DNA from: Felis catus | Lineage: Eukaryota | Reading direction: 5' to 3' | Assembly: GCF_018350175.1 (NCBI RefSeq) | Contig: NC_058368.1 | Location: forward strand, 199,084,001 to 199,148,000 | DNA length: 64,000 nucleotides | Shown here: positions 24,909 through 38,265 of the stretch, piece by piece | How the letters are laid out: every line of letters begins with the position of its first letter | Numbering within the stretch: position 1 is the first letter of the stretch | Program-made: the position numbers and the translations under genes | Notes under the pieces: model-generated | What the model was told of the DNA's origin: nothing | Seen by the model: only the letters and a program-made list of their open reading frames with translations | Databases searched by the model: none

Positions 24909-26574
24909 TCAGAACTGCTTTGAAGATAATGCTTACCACCTCTGTCATACACAGACTGATGACACATTTCAGCTTCAGTTTAAGGGCGAAAAAAGGTTTG
25001 TCTGGTTTCATGAACTGATTGCTCTGCTTCTACTAGTAGATAGCAAGAATTCTAGAACCTACTGATTCTCCCTTAGATTTGAACCTGCTAGCATCCAAGA
25101 CTAAGATCGGAGCTTGGATAACTCCTGCTACCTTTCTTTTGCCAGAGATTCCTGGTATTTTTCCCCCTTTAAACTTGCTATGTGTTTTGTTTGGTTTTTT
25201 TCTTTTTTCCCTGTGTTTACAGTTTATAGTTAACAGCTTTTGGTTTTGTTTCACCTAGGCTTTTATCCTAAGCAGTCTTAAATCCTTTCAGGAAGTAGAT
25301 AAAATAGCCTGATATCCTTTTGATCTTGGACTCCAAAGTCATGCCAAGGTATTGATCTGTCTATTCCAGTGCTCAGTGACCTTACCTTCAATACTTAATG
25401 TTGTCTCTCATATATATAGAATTAACGTGTGAAAGGTACTTGGATGGAGATGGGAGCATTTGGAAATCACTTCTCTTTAAACCACACTGGCCTGGAGGAC
25501 CTTCCACAGGAGGCCCCCACACAGGAGAGCCTTGGGTTTGGTCACCGGAATTGCCACCAGCATATAAAGGGCCTCACCTCCTTTGGCCATTGTGCTTCTT
25601 TGACTCACTTCCTGACCCCGACTTCTGTTCAGAAAGGAATCCCTTATTTCTGGTTGCTTCCCAACGGGCTGCTCTGCCTGCTTGACTGTTTAAAGATGTG
25701 GTGCTTTGTGATTTGTTGCATCTCAGGACCTCTCTGAGACAGTTCTTGTGACCACCCTGCTTGCAGCTGCCCACTTCCTCTCCCTCCAGCAGCTGCTCTG
25801 GTGTCCTGCTGGCATCCTCGCTGTGGACAGCCAGACAGGCAGTCTCCTTGCAGTGAGCAGCCATCCTGTCAGTGTTGTAGGCTGGCTGAGTTCCAGGACA
25901 TGGGACAGATACAAGAGGACAAGCTTGGGAACCAAATGTTGGCAGGGGGACGGCATCAACACAGCCCTCCGCTGGTGATCATCAAGGAAGGATGATGAGA
26001 GCACCTTCTCCCTCCCTGGATGACATTTTACTTCTCAGTCTCTTTAAGTGCTTTGACCTCAGGGAACATTTGTGTCCTTGTGTCCTCTAACAGCATAGGT
26101 TTGTCTTTAAGGTCCTATTGTTTGCAGACTCAGAAATGTTTCTACCAGTCCTCTAAGCATGTGGCTCCAAGTAAACTGAACGCAGGCCCTGGATATTCCA
26201 AAAACTGTGACTGTGAACTAAGCAAAGAAACTGAGACGGACACTGCATGCAGTTTGAGGCATATGCATTAAGCTTCAGAGTTAGGGATGTGGAAAGGCAG
26301 AGAAGAAAGTTGACAGTTTCAGCCTTCCTGGCCTGTCAGGATAAACTGAGAGTGATGACATTTCTTTCCTTTCAAAACTGACACAAGGAAAGTTCTGGGG
26401 AAAATATTGGAAGCCATATTGCAGACCTGAACTAGGACTCATGTGCTGCAGCTGAAGCAGGAGTTCAAAGCCTGTGATTCCAGGACATTCAGCAAGTGGA
26501 AGGTGGAGAGCATGTTTTGGTGGTGCTTGTTTGTAGAAGACCAGAATGAGGAACAGGCAATGGTGAGACACACA

Positions 26575-27010
26575 TCATGGACATTTGTCTTTTTTTTTTT
26601 TTTTTTTTTTTTCTGGCTCTCTAGTATATGAACTACTTTTCTGTGTTTGAGAAATTTCCTCCCTAAAGCCTGGGAAACCCCCTTTACTAGCCCTTCTTGC
26701 AGCTAGAGTTTGGGCATGTGACCTGGGGTGGGTCCCTCAGATGCCTCATCCCAGCCTTTGAACAGAAAGCCAGAGGCACAAAAAGGAAGGAGCAGGAGAG
26801 GCACCATTTGGTGGTGGTGGTAACAACAGCACCAACATGCAGCTTTCTGTGTTCTGTGGGGGAAGAGATCTTCTGAACTGGGTCTGTGTTCCCATGGACT
26901 CTCTGAGCCCAGTGTTCTTGAAGGCCTTGGGGGCTACTTGATATCCTTTGAAAACCACTCGTTTCCTAAGTTGGCCATAGTTTCTGTTGCTTGCAAAGTC
27001 AGGCTTCTGG
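26575..27010 (+). mobile_element. ERVL solo LTR (LTR33/LTR16-like), degraded
   Basis: cccttcttgcagctagagtttgggcatgtgacct... and 3' end ttcctaagttggccatagtttctgttgcttgcaa. Confidence 0.55.
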
Positions 27011-27971
27011 TTAAGTGACACCAGAGATCCTCTCTCACACCTCGACCTATCCAACAATTTGACTGAATTCAGATTTACAGCATAACCCCTGAGGGCTAGT
27101 GGCTACAGCCCAGACTGTTTATAGAAGGAAATTAAGTGAAGGGAAAGAGGGAGGGAGGAGGCAGATGGGCGGGGACACATGGTCTAGGCAGTGAAAAGAC
27201 CAAGCAAGTGGCTGCACTTTTCAGAGTTCAACCTGGGGAGAGCTTGAGAAGTTTGGGGAAGTGCATTGCGAAAGGACGGGTTCATGACTGCCAGATTCAG
27301 AAGATTGGAGGTGAGGAACTTACCCTCAGGAGGCCCAGACTGGTTAAGCAGGCCAACATTTGGTTAATAGAGAAAAGCAGACCACTTTTCTAGATCAGGA
27401 AAGCAGTATGTTGAAATCCCTCACATTGGCCATCCCAGTGGAGAAAGGCAGAACTAACTCTATAAAAGGACATGTTTTCTTCTTCCCTACACTTTGGGGA
27501 CTGAAATTGGTAACTGAGGTCCAGCACATTAAAACGGAAGCCATGCAACCCCCCATTGAGAGAACCTACCCAATTTCCCTTCAATCCAGAGCTGCTAAGC
27601 ACATACACATTGGGACCTAAACTGCCTCATAGTGCCAGATGGCTCTGAAGGAGGCAAATGCATCAGGCATTGCTCCAAAAGTGGTATGTTCCAGTTGGAG
27701 TTAAAAGGCAGAAAAGTTTTTTGGAATAGTAGGGGGCAAAGGAGACAGGGTTTTATTTAAGTTGGCAGTTGGCTCAATTATACCCAAACCTGTAGGCTAA
27801 AGGTTCAGTTTGGAGTCTGGCTTTAGGGTAGGGGTAGGTGTTTGACTACCCACTAATAGATCAGATCAATACTAGAGCAGATTGTTCAGCGCTCCGGTAT
27901 TTACAACAGTGGCCCAGGCATTAGGGAGAGCATGGCAGGGACTTAGGGTTTTTCTAGGGGTGGATAGATGA

Positions 27972-28155
27972 ATTCATTCATGCCTTTATCTGTTCATTTT
28001 CTAGTTAAACAAATGTTAAGTAAGTGCTTTATGTACCAGGCACTGAGCCTGTGCCTTTGCCACTGTGGTAACTGAGATAATTTTCTTATTTAACCAACAC
28101 AATAACCCTGAGATAGGCACATTGGCCTTCCTCACTTTACAGATAAGGAGACTGG
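27972..28155 (-). mobile_element. L2/MIR fragments
   Basis: attcattcat...taagtgctttatgtaccaggcactg, then aataaccctgagataggc...actttacagataaggagactg. Confidence 0.6.
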
Positions 28156-29043
28156 TACTGGTGCTGTCGGTGCATGTGGGTGGGAAATCTCTGCCTTACA
28201 AGGGGGAATATGACAGATGGAGAAGTAAGACCATCCTACATACTTCCTTGGCAGTCAGTACAGGTTTTGGTTCGTTGTTATGTTCCTGAAACGTCACATG
28301 GAGTTTGCAGGCACTCCTGAAGAGGCCACCTGGCAACTAAAATAGATGTGGGGCTGTGTGGAGTATGTGGATTGATTAATCTTTGCCAAACGGTGGGAAT
28401 ATACCAGCTCATAAGGATTTGTCCACCTTGCTTCAAGTCTGTCTGAACACTTTTTCCCTTCTCTAAATAGATGAAAACACATAAATGTTCTTTTGTGAAA
28501 TACATGATGATATGAAATGGCAGATATATATGAGAATTTCCTTATCCAAAGAAGAGCTCCAAAAATATTTTGTCTTCATTTAAAGTAGTTATATAAATAT
28601 GTGCAGGTGTGATTTTTTTTTTTCTAAGCCAAATATACTGAGGGAGTTTAGTTGTCCATCTCCAACTTCCTTGCTCCTGGAAGATGTTGACCTCTGGGCT
28701 ACCTTGACCAGTTATATTTACCTGAAATTACATTTTTTGCAGTTGCTTTCATTATGGTTTGGCTGTATGGCCTCCAGTGATAGGAAATGGTGTTCTTATT
28801 GGAACTAGTATAAGCTGTGGCCCTAGGATGCTTCTTGTAAGAGAGAAGGGAATGGGAACCCCACATGGTATTCATAGCCTTGGGGATACTAGGATTTGCT
28901 CCCAGAGAAGTAGCCTCAGTGATTAACCCTACCACTTAGTAATGCCAGTCAATGGATTTGGGATGGGAAATGTGTTAATAATTTCAGATATATATAATCT
29001 GCTCTTCCTTTTTGCTGCTAATTGGATTCATGAAGTTTTTCTT

Positions 29044-29258
29044 TTTTTTTTTTTTCAACGTTTATTTATTTTTGGGACAGAGAGAGACAGAGCATGAACA
29101 GGGGAGGGGCAGAGAGAGAGGGAGACACAGAATCGGAAACAGGCTCCAGGCTCTGAGCCATCAGCCCAGAGCCCGACGCGGGGCTCGAACTCACGGACCG
29201 CGAGATCGTGACCTGGCTGAAGTCGGACGCTTAACCGACTGCGCCACCCAGGCGCCCC
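29044..29258 (-). mobile_element. very young SINEC_Fc
   Basis: CpGs intact; perfect TSD catgaagtttttctt at 29029-29043 and 29260-29274. Confidence 0.97.
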
Positions 29259-29351
29259 ACATGAAGTTTTTCTTACTCTGCCTTTTCTCTCTCTGCTAGT
29301 TTGGAATTTATATACTTCTTTCTATTCTTACAATATTGTTTAGTTTTGGGG

Positions 29352-30020
29352 CTTAAGTTTTTATTTTAAAAGCAGTTAGTTAACATACAGTGTTAAATTT
29401 GTTTCAGGTATACAATAGAGTGATTCAACATTTCCATACCCAGTGCTCATCACAGCAAGTGCACTTCTTCATCCCCATCACCTGTTTCACCTATTCCTTT
29501 TTCTCCCTTCCTACCTTCCCTCTGGTAACTCTCAGTTTGTTCTCTGTATTTAAGGGTCTTTTATGAAAAGAAGAAAAAAAAGTCTTTTATGGTTTGCCTC
29601 CCTCTCTATTTTTATCTTACTTTTTCCTTCCCTTCCCCTATGTTCATCTGTTTTGTTTCTTAAATTCCACATATGAGTGAAATCATATATTTGTCTTTCT
29701 CTGACTAACTTATTTCACTTAGCATATGTCATTGTTGCAAATGGCAAGATTTCATTCTTTTTTATGGCTGAGTAATAGTCCAATGTATATATACACCATA
29801 TCCTCTTTATCCATTCATCAGTTGATGGACATTGGGCTATTTGTATAATTTGGCTATTGTAGATAATGCTGCAATAAATATCAGGGTGCATGTATCCCTT
29901 TGAGTTAGTGTTTTTCTATCCTTGGTTAAATGCCATGTAGTGTGATTGCTGGATCATAGGGTAATTCTGTTTTTAACTTTTGGAGGAAATTCCATATTGA
30001 TTTCCAGAGCTGCCACACCA
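29352..30020 (-). mobile_element. carnivore L1 3' end, 5'-truncated, inside a much older L1-like region (about 29280-31400)
   Basis: gttagttaacatacagtgttaaatttgtttcaggtatacaat...ttcacttagcat...gctggatcatagggtaattctgtttttaactttt. Confidence 0.8.
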
Positions 30021-30404
30021 TATCATTTAGTTTTTAAGCAAAGTCTAAAGTTAATATCACTACCCTCCTTCTGAGAATTAAATTCTCTTTGCAAATCTTC
30101 ATGCTGTTGTCAGAGACAGTCATGGCATCTTATTTTCAATCCGCTAAAATTAGCCCTTTTTATTGTTGTTTGTGTTTAACAGCCAGCACTTACTCATATA
30201 TACTTATGTTTATAAATGTATTTGTTCATTATTACTATCTGCTTCTTTCTTCTTGGTTCAATTTCCTTCTGAGAGAAGGGCCTCCATTAGTGATCCTTTC
30301 AGAAAATAGTTCTCCAACTTTGTTTAAAAGTGTGTTCATTTCTTTTCAGTCTTGAATGATAAGTAAGGAATTTGGGGGTATTTCTATTTCATCACCACTT
30401 TTAA

Positions 30405-30614
30405 GATTTTTAAAATTTTTTAAAAAGTTTATTTATTTATTTTGAGAGGGGAGGGGCAGAAAGAGAGAGAGAGAGGGAAACAGAGAATCCCAAGCAGGGT
30501 CCACACTGTCAGCACAGAGCCTGACAAAGGGCTCCATCTCACGAACCATGAGATTGTGACCTGAGCCAAAATCAAGAGTCAGATGCTCAACTGTCTGAGC
30601 CACCCAGGCACCCC
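30405..30614 (-). mobile_element. CanSINE
   Basis: SINE body ending gagccacccaggcacccc; ttaagat on both flanks. Confidence 0.9.
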
Positions 30615-32569
30615 TTAAGATATTATTTTGTTATCTCCTGGCCTCTGATGTTGTTGATAGAAAAATCTGCCTTTATTTTAATGAATGTTTTTTTGGTGGC
30701 AATCCACCTTTTCTCTTTCTGGTGTTTTAAAGATATTCTTTACTGTTTCATAGGCTGAGGTATGAACTTATTTATCCAACTCAAAATCGATGCTTCTTCA
30801 AACTAAGGACATATATCTTTAATCATTCTGGAAAATTCTCAAATATATTCTTTCCCAATAATCTGTTTACTCTTTGCTATTCTTCTACAACTCTTATTAC
30901 ATGTATGTTGGGTCTTTCTAGTCTTCCTTCCATTTCTTTTAACATCCTTTTGTATTTTTACAACCTCTGTCTCTCAACCAGCTCACCAATTCTCTCTTCA
31001 GTTCGGCTAATCTGTTTAACCTTTCTCTGAATTATTTTTTTGTTTCAAAGGCCTTATTTTTCATTTATACAGGTTCAATGTGTTTCCTTTGTACATCTTC
31101 CTATTCTTTGGACATGGTCTCCTTCTTTGGCACTTTTCTTCTTTGTTTTTTCAATCACCTTAATAATTTTAAACACAGGTATCTTATATTTTCTTCTAGA
31201 GTCTTCTATTATCTCAACAAATTTTATACTAATACTTGTTGTGTTAGCTTATGCTGCCTGCATCATGGTGAACTATATTCTCATTGTAGTTTCATATTTT
31301 CATTATGAGCACATCTTTGTCATTGACCTGGGTGTGTGTGTAGAAATTCAATATGCCAAGGTGTTATAAATATTGTTCCAACAGGAGTATCAGTTGCCTA
31401 TGATTCTTTTTAATAACAATTTCTCATGGAAGCTCTCCCCTAGAGCCTTAGGCTAATTGCTTGCTGCTCCTCTAGATTAGTGGTCCATCTTTCATGGAGA
31501 AGGCAGTCTTTCCAGGGTTGAAGGGTTTCAGTTCTAGATCTCTATCATCTATGAGGCCCTGGCCCCATGTGTTTTCACACAGGCATTAACACCTCCTTCC
31601 AAGATGCTCCTGGGTGAGCCCCGGTCTGTTCTAAGTACTCTTCTACTACTTCTCATCTGCACTCTGTCCCTGACCCCTCTGGCTGCTCCCTGGTGTCCTT
31701 CTTAGGGGCTGGCTGTCAGTAAGTCTGTCATATTTCTCTTTATTGCTTGTGAGATACCTGCAAGGTGCTCCTAGGCCAAAAATTTACAAGACCAAGTGAC
31801 ATAATTCTTGACTCCGAGGACTGATAGCTTAGGCCTAATGGCCTCCAAGGCCTGAGCCACCTGGAGAAAAAAAATGACATTTCTGAGCCTTTGGAGTGTT
31901 GATAGTCTCTAGGGTACTGTTCAGCCCACTGACAGGTCCTACCTCTTTCCTCTCCAATTATTTCACAGTACAGTAGTGCCAAATCTAGCTTGAGGTGGCC
32001 ATCTTTCCCTCTAAGAAAGGCTTTTTATTTGACTTTATAAAACATTCCTGTGATGGGGCATCGTGGGGCAGGGTTTGAGCACAAGTCCTAAATAAACACA
32101 GATTACCAGTCCGGTATAAGAGGTAGAGTCTAGATTTTCATTGGTATTCATGAACAGTGAGGCAGATATGTGGTATAATTTGGAAAGTGTTGAAAAAATC
32201 TACCTAAACAAATCATCTAAACACGCCACTCTATGTGGTCTAATGTCTGAAATTCAACCATAAGTTAGTAGCTTAAGAAACACCTGGGTGATTGGAAGCC
32301 AAGTCAGGCCAAGGTGTTTGAAACTGTCAGGACTGATATGAAAGTGGCTAATTTCTTGTTTTGTGGGGGAGGGGCTGGGGTAAGATTGGTTTTGGGGGGA
32401 AGTAGGTAAATGGTAAAGAGCAAGGGAAGACTACCAGAAGATCAAAGGATGTCAACAGGGCTAGATTATGATCTTTCAGGGGCTTAAGCAATGGAAATAA
32501 AAGTAAAAATTATATATAGTTTAAAGAACAGCAGCATGTTTAGATTTAATGTCTTTTTGCGAGACTACT

Positions 32570-35500
32570 ACTTTTTTTAGTATAGTTGACATACAATGTT
32601 ACATTAGTTTCAGGTGTCCAACTTAGTGATTTGATGAGTCTATACATTATGTTGTGTTCACCACAGGTATAGCTACTATCTGTCCCATAGATCACCATTA
32701 CAGTATCATTGAATATATTCTTTATGCTTTGCTTTTTACTTCTATGACTTAACTCATTTCATAACTAGGGGCCTGTATCTCCCTCTATCCTTTTGCCCAA
32801 CCACCCATACTCCTGACTTGTGCTGACAACCATCAGTTTTCTCTATTTATACTTCTGATTCTTTTGTTTATTCATTTTTTTAAGATTCTATTTATGGGTG
32901 GATTCCTGTGGTATTTGTCTTTCTCTGACTCACTTATTTCACTTAGCATAATACTCTCCTGGTCCATCCATGTTGTCTTAAAGGCATTATCTTATCCTTT
33001 TTTATGACTGTGCAATATTACACACACACACATGCACGCACACACACAGTAAAATCTTGGATTAAGAGTAACTTGTTCTGTGAGTGTTCCTTAGGAAGAG
33101 GAAACATTTATAATAAATTTTAATTTGATAAATGAGTGATGTCTTGCAGTAAGAGTATGTGTCATCGAATGTCACATGATCACAACTGAGCGAATGTTTC
33201 TCTCTCTCTTTCTCCTGCTGTGGGATTGTGGGTGATCGTCTCCCATGCTCAGATGCTTGGTTTCATGCCATGGTGTTTGGCAGAAATCAGTGATTTTTCA
33301 GAATGTTAAAAGGTGCCCACAATTGGTACTAGTGTATTTTTTGCCATTTCAAAGCACCTATGGACAGTCCTCTGCTGTTCCATACAAGAGTAAGCTTAGG
33401 AATGCTTAGCTTCATTCTAGGTCAGGTTGCCTGCAGATAGAGACCCTTTCCTCTGCTGCCTTATTGCCAGTTACATTAAATATAGTATATGACAAGAGTT
33501 TATTAATACTGTACTGTAGTCAACATCCATGTGAGTGTATACAATGGCCCCCATGCAAAAAAAGGTTGAAAAGAAAGGCAGTAAGAAGGAGATGATTACA
33601 CTGGAAGTTAAGAAGGAAATCATGGAGAAGTACGAACGAGGTATGCAAGTGGCCGAAATTGCAAGATTTTACAAGAAGTCTATGTCTACATCTCGTCTGC
33701 AGAGGAGAAAAAGGTGTGGGAATCCCTCACTGGAAATGAGGTTAGGGAGATTTGTAAAATGTGGGAAACAGTGCAAAATTTTGTAGAAAACACCACCCAA
33801 ACAAGGCTGTAGCAGTGTGACTGAAGAATCTGTTTGACGACAATGCAATGTCACATTTCTGCAAAATCCACAAAAGGAGACAAAAGCAAGTGTCATTGGA
33901 TGGGTTCTTTGTTAAAGTTGCACAAAAAGAAAAAGATTTCATTGAGCTAATAGCAGTGATAGTGAAAGTCGTCCTACACAATAACCCTCCTCTCTTGTCT
34001 CCATCACAACAGCCACAAAGATTTTCAAAGGTCAGTGCAGGTTAATTTGTTTTTCTTTATATTTTCCTTATTTTGTATTATATTACAGTATTGTAATCAT
34101 TTTTATATGAATATTTTTGGGTTGTGGAACAAATCACCTGAGTTTCCAGTAATTCTTATGGGGAAATTCGCTTTGATATACAAGTGTTATTAAATCACAT
34201 GGTATTTCTATTTTTAATTTTTTGAAGAACCTCCATATGTTTTCCACAGTGGTTACACCAATTTACATTACCACCAAGAGTGCATAAGGTTTTTTTCCTC
34301 CATATCCTTACCAATACTTGTTATTTCTTGTCTTCTTGATTTTATTCATTCTAACAGGTGTGAGGTGATCTTTCACTGTGGTTTTGGTTTGCATTTTCCT
34401 GATGATGAGTAATGTTGACCATCATTTCATGTATCTGTTGGCCATCTGGATGTCTTCTTTGGGTAACAATGTGTTCCCCATGGGCAGATCCTCTGCCCAT
34501 ATTTTAATTGGATTGTTTGTGGGGGTGTTTTGGGGGTTTAGTTATATAAGTTCTTTATATATTTTGGATATTACCCCTTTATTGGATATATCATTTGCAA
34601 ATACCTTCTCCCATTCCATAGGAAGGGTCTCTTCATTTTCTTGATGGTTTCCTTTGTTATGCAAAAGCTTTTTATTTTCATGTAGTTCCAATAGTTTATT
34701 TTTGCTTTGGTTTCCCTTGCCTCAGGAGACATATCTACAAAAATGTTGACATGGCTGATGTCAGAGAAATTACTACCTCTGTTCTCTCCTAGTATTGTTA
34801 TGGTTTCAGGTCTCACATTTAGGTCTTGATCCATTTTGTGTTTATTTTTGTGTATGGTGTAAGAAAGTGATTGAGTTTCATTCTTTTACATGTAGCTTTC
34901 CATTTTTTCCTAACATCATGTATTGAAAAGATAGTTTTTCCATATTGTATATTCTTGCCTCCTTTGTCATAGATTAATTGACCATATATATGTGGGTTTA
35001 TTTCTGGGGTCTCTAGTCTGTTCATTGATCTATTTTTGTGCCAGTATCATACCGTTTTGATTACTGTGGTATTGTAGTATAGCTTGAAATCTGAAATTGT
35101 GGTACCTCCAGCTTTGTTCTTCTTTCCAGGATTGTTTTGGCTATTTGGGATCTTCTGTGGTTACATTCAAATTTTAGGATTATTTGTTCTAGTTTTATGA
35201 AAAATTCTGTTGGTATTTTGATAGGATTGCCCTGAATCTGTTGATGGCTTTAGGTAATGTGGACATTTTGACAATATTAATTATTCCAAAATATGAGCAT
35301 GGGTTATCTTTCCATTTGTATCATTTTCAATTTCTTTCATCATCATTTTATAGTTTCAGGTTATAGGTCTTTCACCTCTTTGGTTAAGTTTATTCCTACA
35401 TATTTTATTATTTTTAGTACAATTATAAATTGTATTGTTTTTTAAATTTCTCTGTGACTTAATTGTTACTGCATAGAAATGCTACCAATTTCTGGGTATT

Positions 35501-36672
35501 AATTTGCATCCTGTCACTTTACTGAATTTGTTTATTACCTCTAGTAGTTTTGGGGGGAGTCTTTAGGATTTTCTATGTATGGTATTAGGTCATCTGCAAA
35601 TAGTGACAGTTTAACTTCTTTACTGTTATGGATACCTCTTTTTTCTCTTTCTTGTCTGATTGCTATGACCAGGACTTCCAGTAATCTGTTGAATAAAAGT
35701 GATTGGATGGACATTCTTGTCCTATTCCTGACCTTAAAGGGAAATCTGTTTGGTTTTTTTTTTCCATTAAGGTATTGTTAGCTGTAGGTTTTCTATATAT
35801 GGTCTTATTATGTTGAAGTATGTTTCCTCTAACCCTATTTTGTTGTTTTTGTCATAAATAGATGCTGAACTTTGTCAAATGCTTTTTCTACATCTATTGA
35901 GGTGATCATATGATTTTTATCCTTCATTTGTTGATGTGGTGTATGACATTGGTTGCTTTGCAAATATTGAACCATCCTTGCATCTCAGGAATAAATCCCA
36001 CCTGATCATGGTGAATGATTTTTTAATGTATTTTTGTATGCAGTTTGTTAATATTTTGTTGATAATTTTTGCATATACATTCATCAGGGATATTGGCTTA
36101 TAATTTTCTTTTTTGTGGTGCCTTTATCTGGCTTTGTTATCAGGGAAATGTTGGCCTTATAGAATGTATTTGGAAGCTTTCCTTCCTCTTCTATTGTTTG
36201 GAATTCTTTGAGGAGAATATATTACCTCTTCTTTAAATATCTGGTAGAAGTCACATGTGAATCCATCTGGTCCTGGACTTCTATTTTTTGGAGTTTCTTG
36301 ACTATCAATTAAATTTTGTTTCTTGTTATTGATCTGTTCAGATTTTCTGTTTCTTGTTCAGTTTTGGAAGATTGAACGTTTCTAGGAATTTACCTATTTC
36401 TTCTAGTTTGTCCAATTTGTTGGCCTATAAATTTTCATAGTATTCTCTTATAATCCTTTGTATTTCTCTGGTGTCAGTTGTTACTTCTCTCTTGTTTCTG
36501 ATTTTATTTATGTCTGTTCTCTTTTTATCTTGATTAGTCTGGCTAAAAGTTTGTCAATTTTATCTTTTCAAAGAACCAGCTCTTGGTTTCATTGATTGTT
36601 TTTTTTTTCTGTTGTTTTTAGTCTCTTTATCATTGATTTCTATTCTGATCTTTTATTATTCCCTTTCTCCTA
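32570..36672 (-). mobile_element. 5'-truncated carnivore L1 (3' UTR plus ORF2 through RT), interrupted by a Tigger element
   Basis: ORF2 remnants (ORFs 34571-34834, 34819-35025); gtcatctgcaaatag (FADD, reverse strand) near 35590. Confidence 0.9.
33047..34187 (+). mobile_element. Tigger/pogo DNA transposon, internally deleted, right TIR lost
   Basis: left TIR cagtaaaatcttggatt; ORF 33535-33786 encodes a CENP-B-type HTH (KKEMITLEVKKEIMEKYERGMQVAEIARFY); ORF 33848-34045 encodes a transposase C-terminus (KRRQKQVSLDGFF). Confidence 0.9.
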
Positions 36673-36682
36673 GTAAAAACAA

Positions 36683-36905
36683 TTTTTTTTTAATTTTTTT
36701 AACGTTTATTTATTGTTGAGAGACAGAGAGACACAGAGTGTGAGCAGAGGAGGGGCAGAGAGAGGGGGAGACACAGAATCTGAATTAGGCTCCAGGCTCT
36801 GAGCTGTCAACACAGAGCCCGATGCAAGGCTCAAACTCACAGACGGCGAGATCATGACCTGAGCCGAAGTCGGTCACTCAACTAACTGAGCCACCCAGGC
36901 GCCCC
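36683..36905 (-). mobile_element. CanSINE (SINEC_Fc-type)
   Basis: full body; aacaat on both flanks. Confidence 0.92.
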
Positions 36906-37659
36906 AACAATATTTAACTTTAAAACAAACAGATGTATGTGGAAATTTTGTATATATTCCTATAAATAGTTCTATATATTTCCCATAAAATTAATATTTT
37001 TCTATATCCTGCTTACAATATTCTGAATGATCAGAGCTGAACTTTTCTCATTTTTGCTGGCCTCCCTTGCTGGTATCCTGTGCAGGACTGCATCTGCCTA
37101 GTTGACATTCACGAAGGGACATGTGTCTGCTGATGTGCAGGTCCACGGTGAAGGGCTACACAAACTGTACACTGCACAACAGGGAGCCCCTCTCACAAAG
37201 AAGTTATAAGGTGAATGGCTGCCACTTGGAACTACACAACTTGGAGGACCTGGGATGCAGGCACTGACTGAGAATGACAGCTAAACAAGGCATGGCCAGA
37301 GGACCAGAGGACTCCTCCCTGAAATCACTAGAGTACTTGTTGAGATACAGATTTCTACAGCTTTAGACAGCATGGAAGGATAGGAGAGCTGGAATGTCTA
37401 TTTTAAAATAAGCATTACAGCTAATTCTGGAGCATATGGGTGAAACATGCTAACTACCTCTAGGTGAAGTTACTCTCTGCTATTTCTCCTCTGCCCCTAA
37501 GGAAATTTCCAGATGAGAGAGGCCTGGCATGCTCTGCAGTGCAGTACTAGCATGGTCTGCCCAGCATCTGGTCAACCTACTGCAGCCATAGGAAGTTCTG
37601 TGCTAAGCCAAGGACATATAACACCCTTGTCAAAGAGTTGTATCCGGAGCTCTGGAGGG

Positions 37660-37780
37660 TAGGATTTCAAGATCTGGGCTTCAGTTTCAGTTCTTTCACT
37701 AACTAGCTATGTGAACTAGTTAAATTCATAAAATTTTTCTGCACAAGTTTTCTGGTGTGTTTGGTGAGAGCATGAACTCA
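37660..37780 (+). mobile_element. MIR fragment
   Basis: gatctgggcttcagtttcagttctttcactaactagctatgtgaacta. Confidence 0.55.
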
Positions 37781-38059
37781 GAATATCTTCTAGACCTTGA
37801 CCTACACCATGTCTTTCTTTTTTCTAAGTTATGGGGTGAAAAAGCACATGCTGTGTTCAGAAGGTGTCTCTAAAACTCCAAACACCTAACAGATTTCAGA
37901 CCTTTCTGAATTTTGAAATTTTAGGATAAGAAATTGTGGACTGTTACTAAGGCCGGTTTTTAGGTCTTAGCTGAAGCCTGTATTTTTGTTCCAATACACA
38001 TCTTTGATGTTAGAGGGGAGAGAACATGGAGGAAGAATCCAGGGGCTAAAAGGGCCACC

Positions 38060-38265
38060 ATACTTTGGTGAAGAGAAAGGCACTGAGATGTAAATTCCCA
38101 AGCCTGACTGTTTGCGAATTAACTCTGACCTGGAAATAATTAATTCCCCTCTCTGTGCCTTATTTCCCCAACCTGTGAGTCGTTGTGAGTTTGAAATAAC
38201 TTATTACACTGCAGTCACTTAGAACACTGCTTGGCCCATGGTACTGGATAGATCAGTTTGCATTA
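38060..38265 (+). mobile_element. MIR fragment
   Basis: tctgacctggaaataattaattcccctctctgtgccttatttcccc...cacttagaacactgcttggcccatggta. Confidence 0.6.

Noticed and set aside
25398..26004. Cluster of ORFs with coding-like composition
   Set aside because: No protein similarity I can recognise in any frame and no convincing splice-site pair; a BLASTX search would be needed to exclude a diverged exon.
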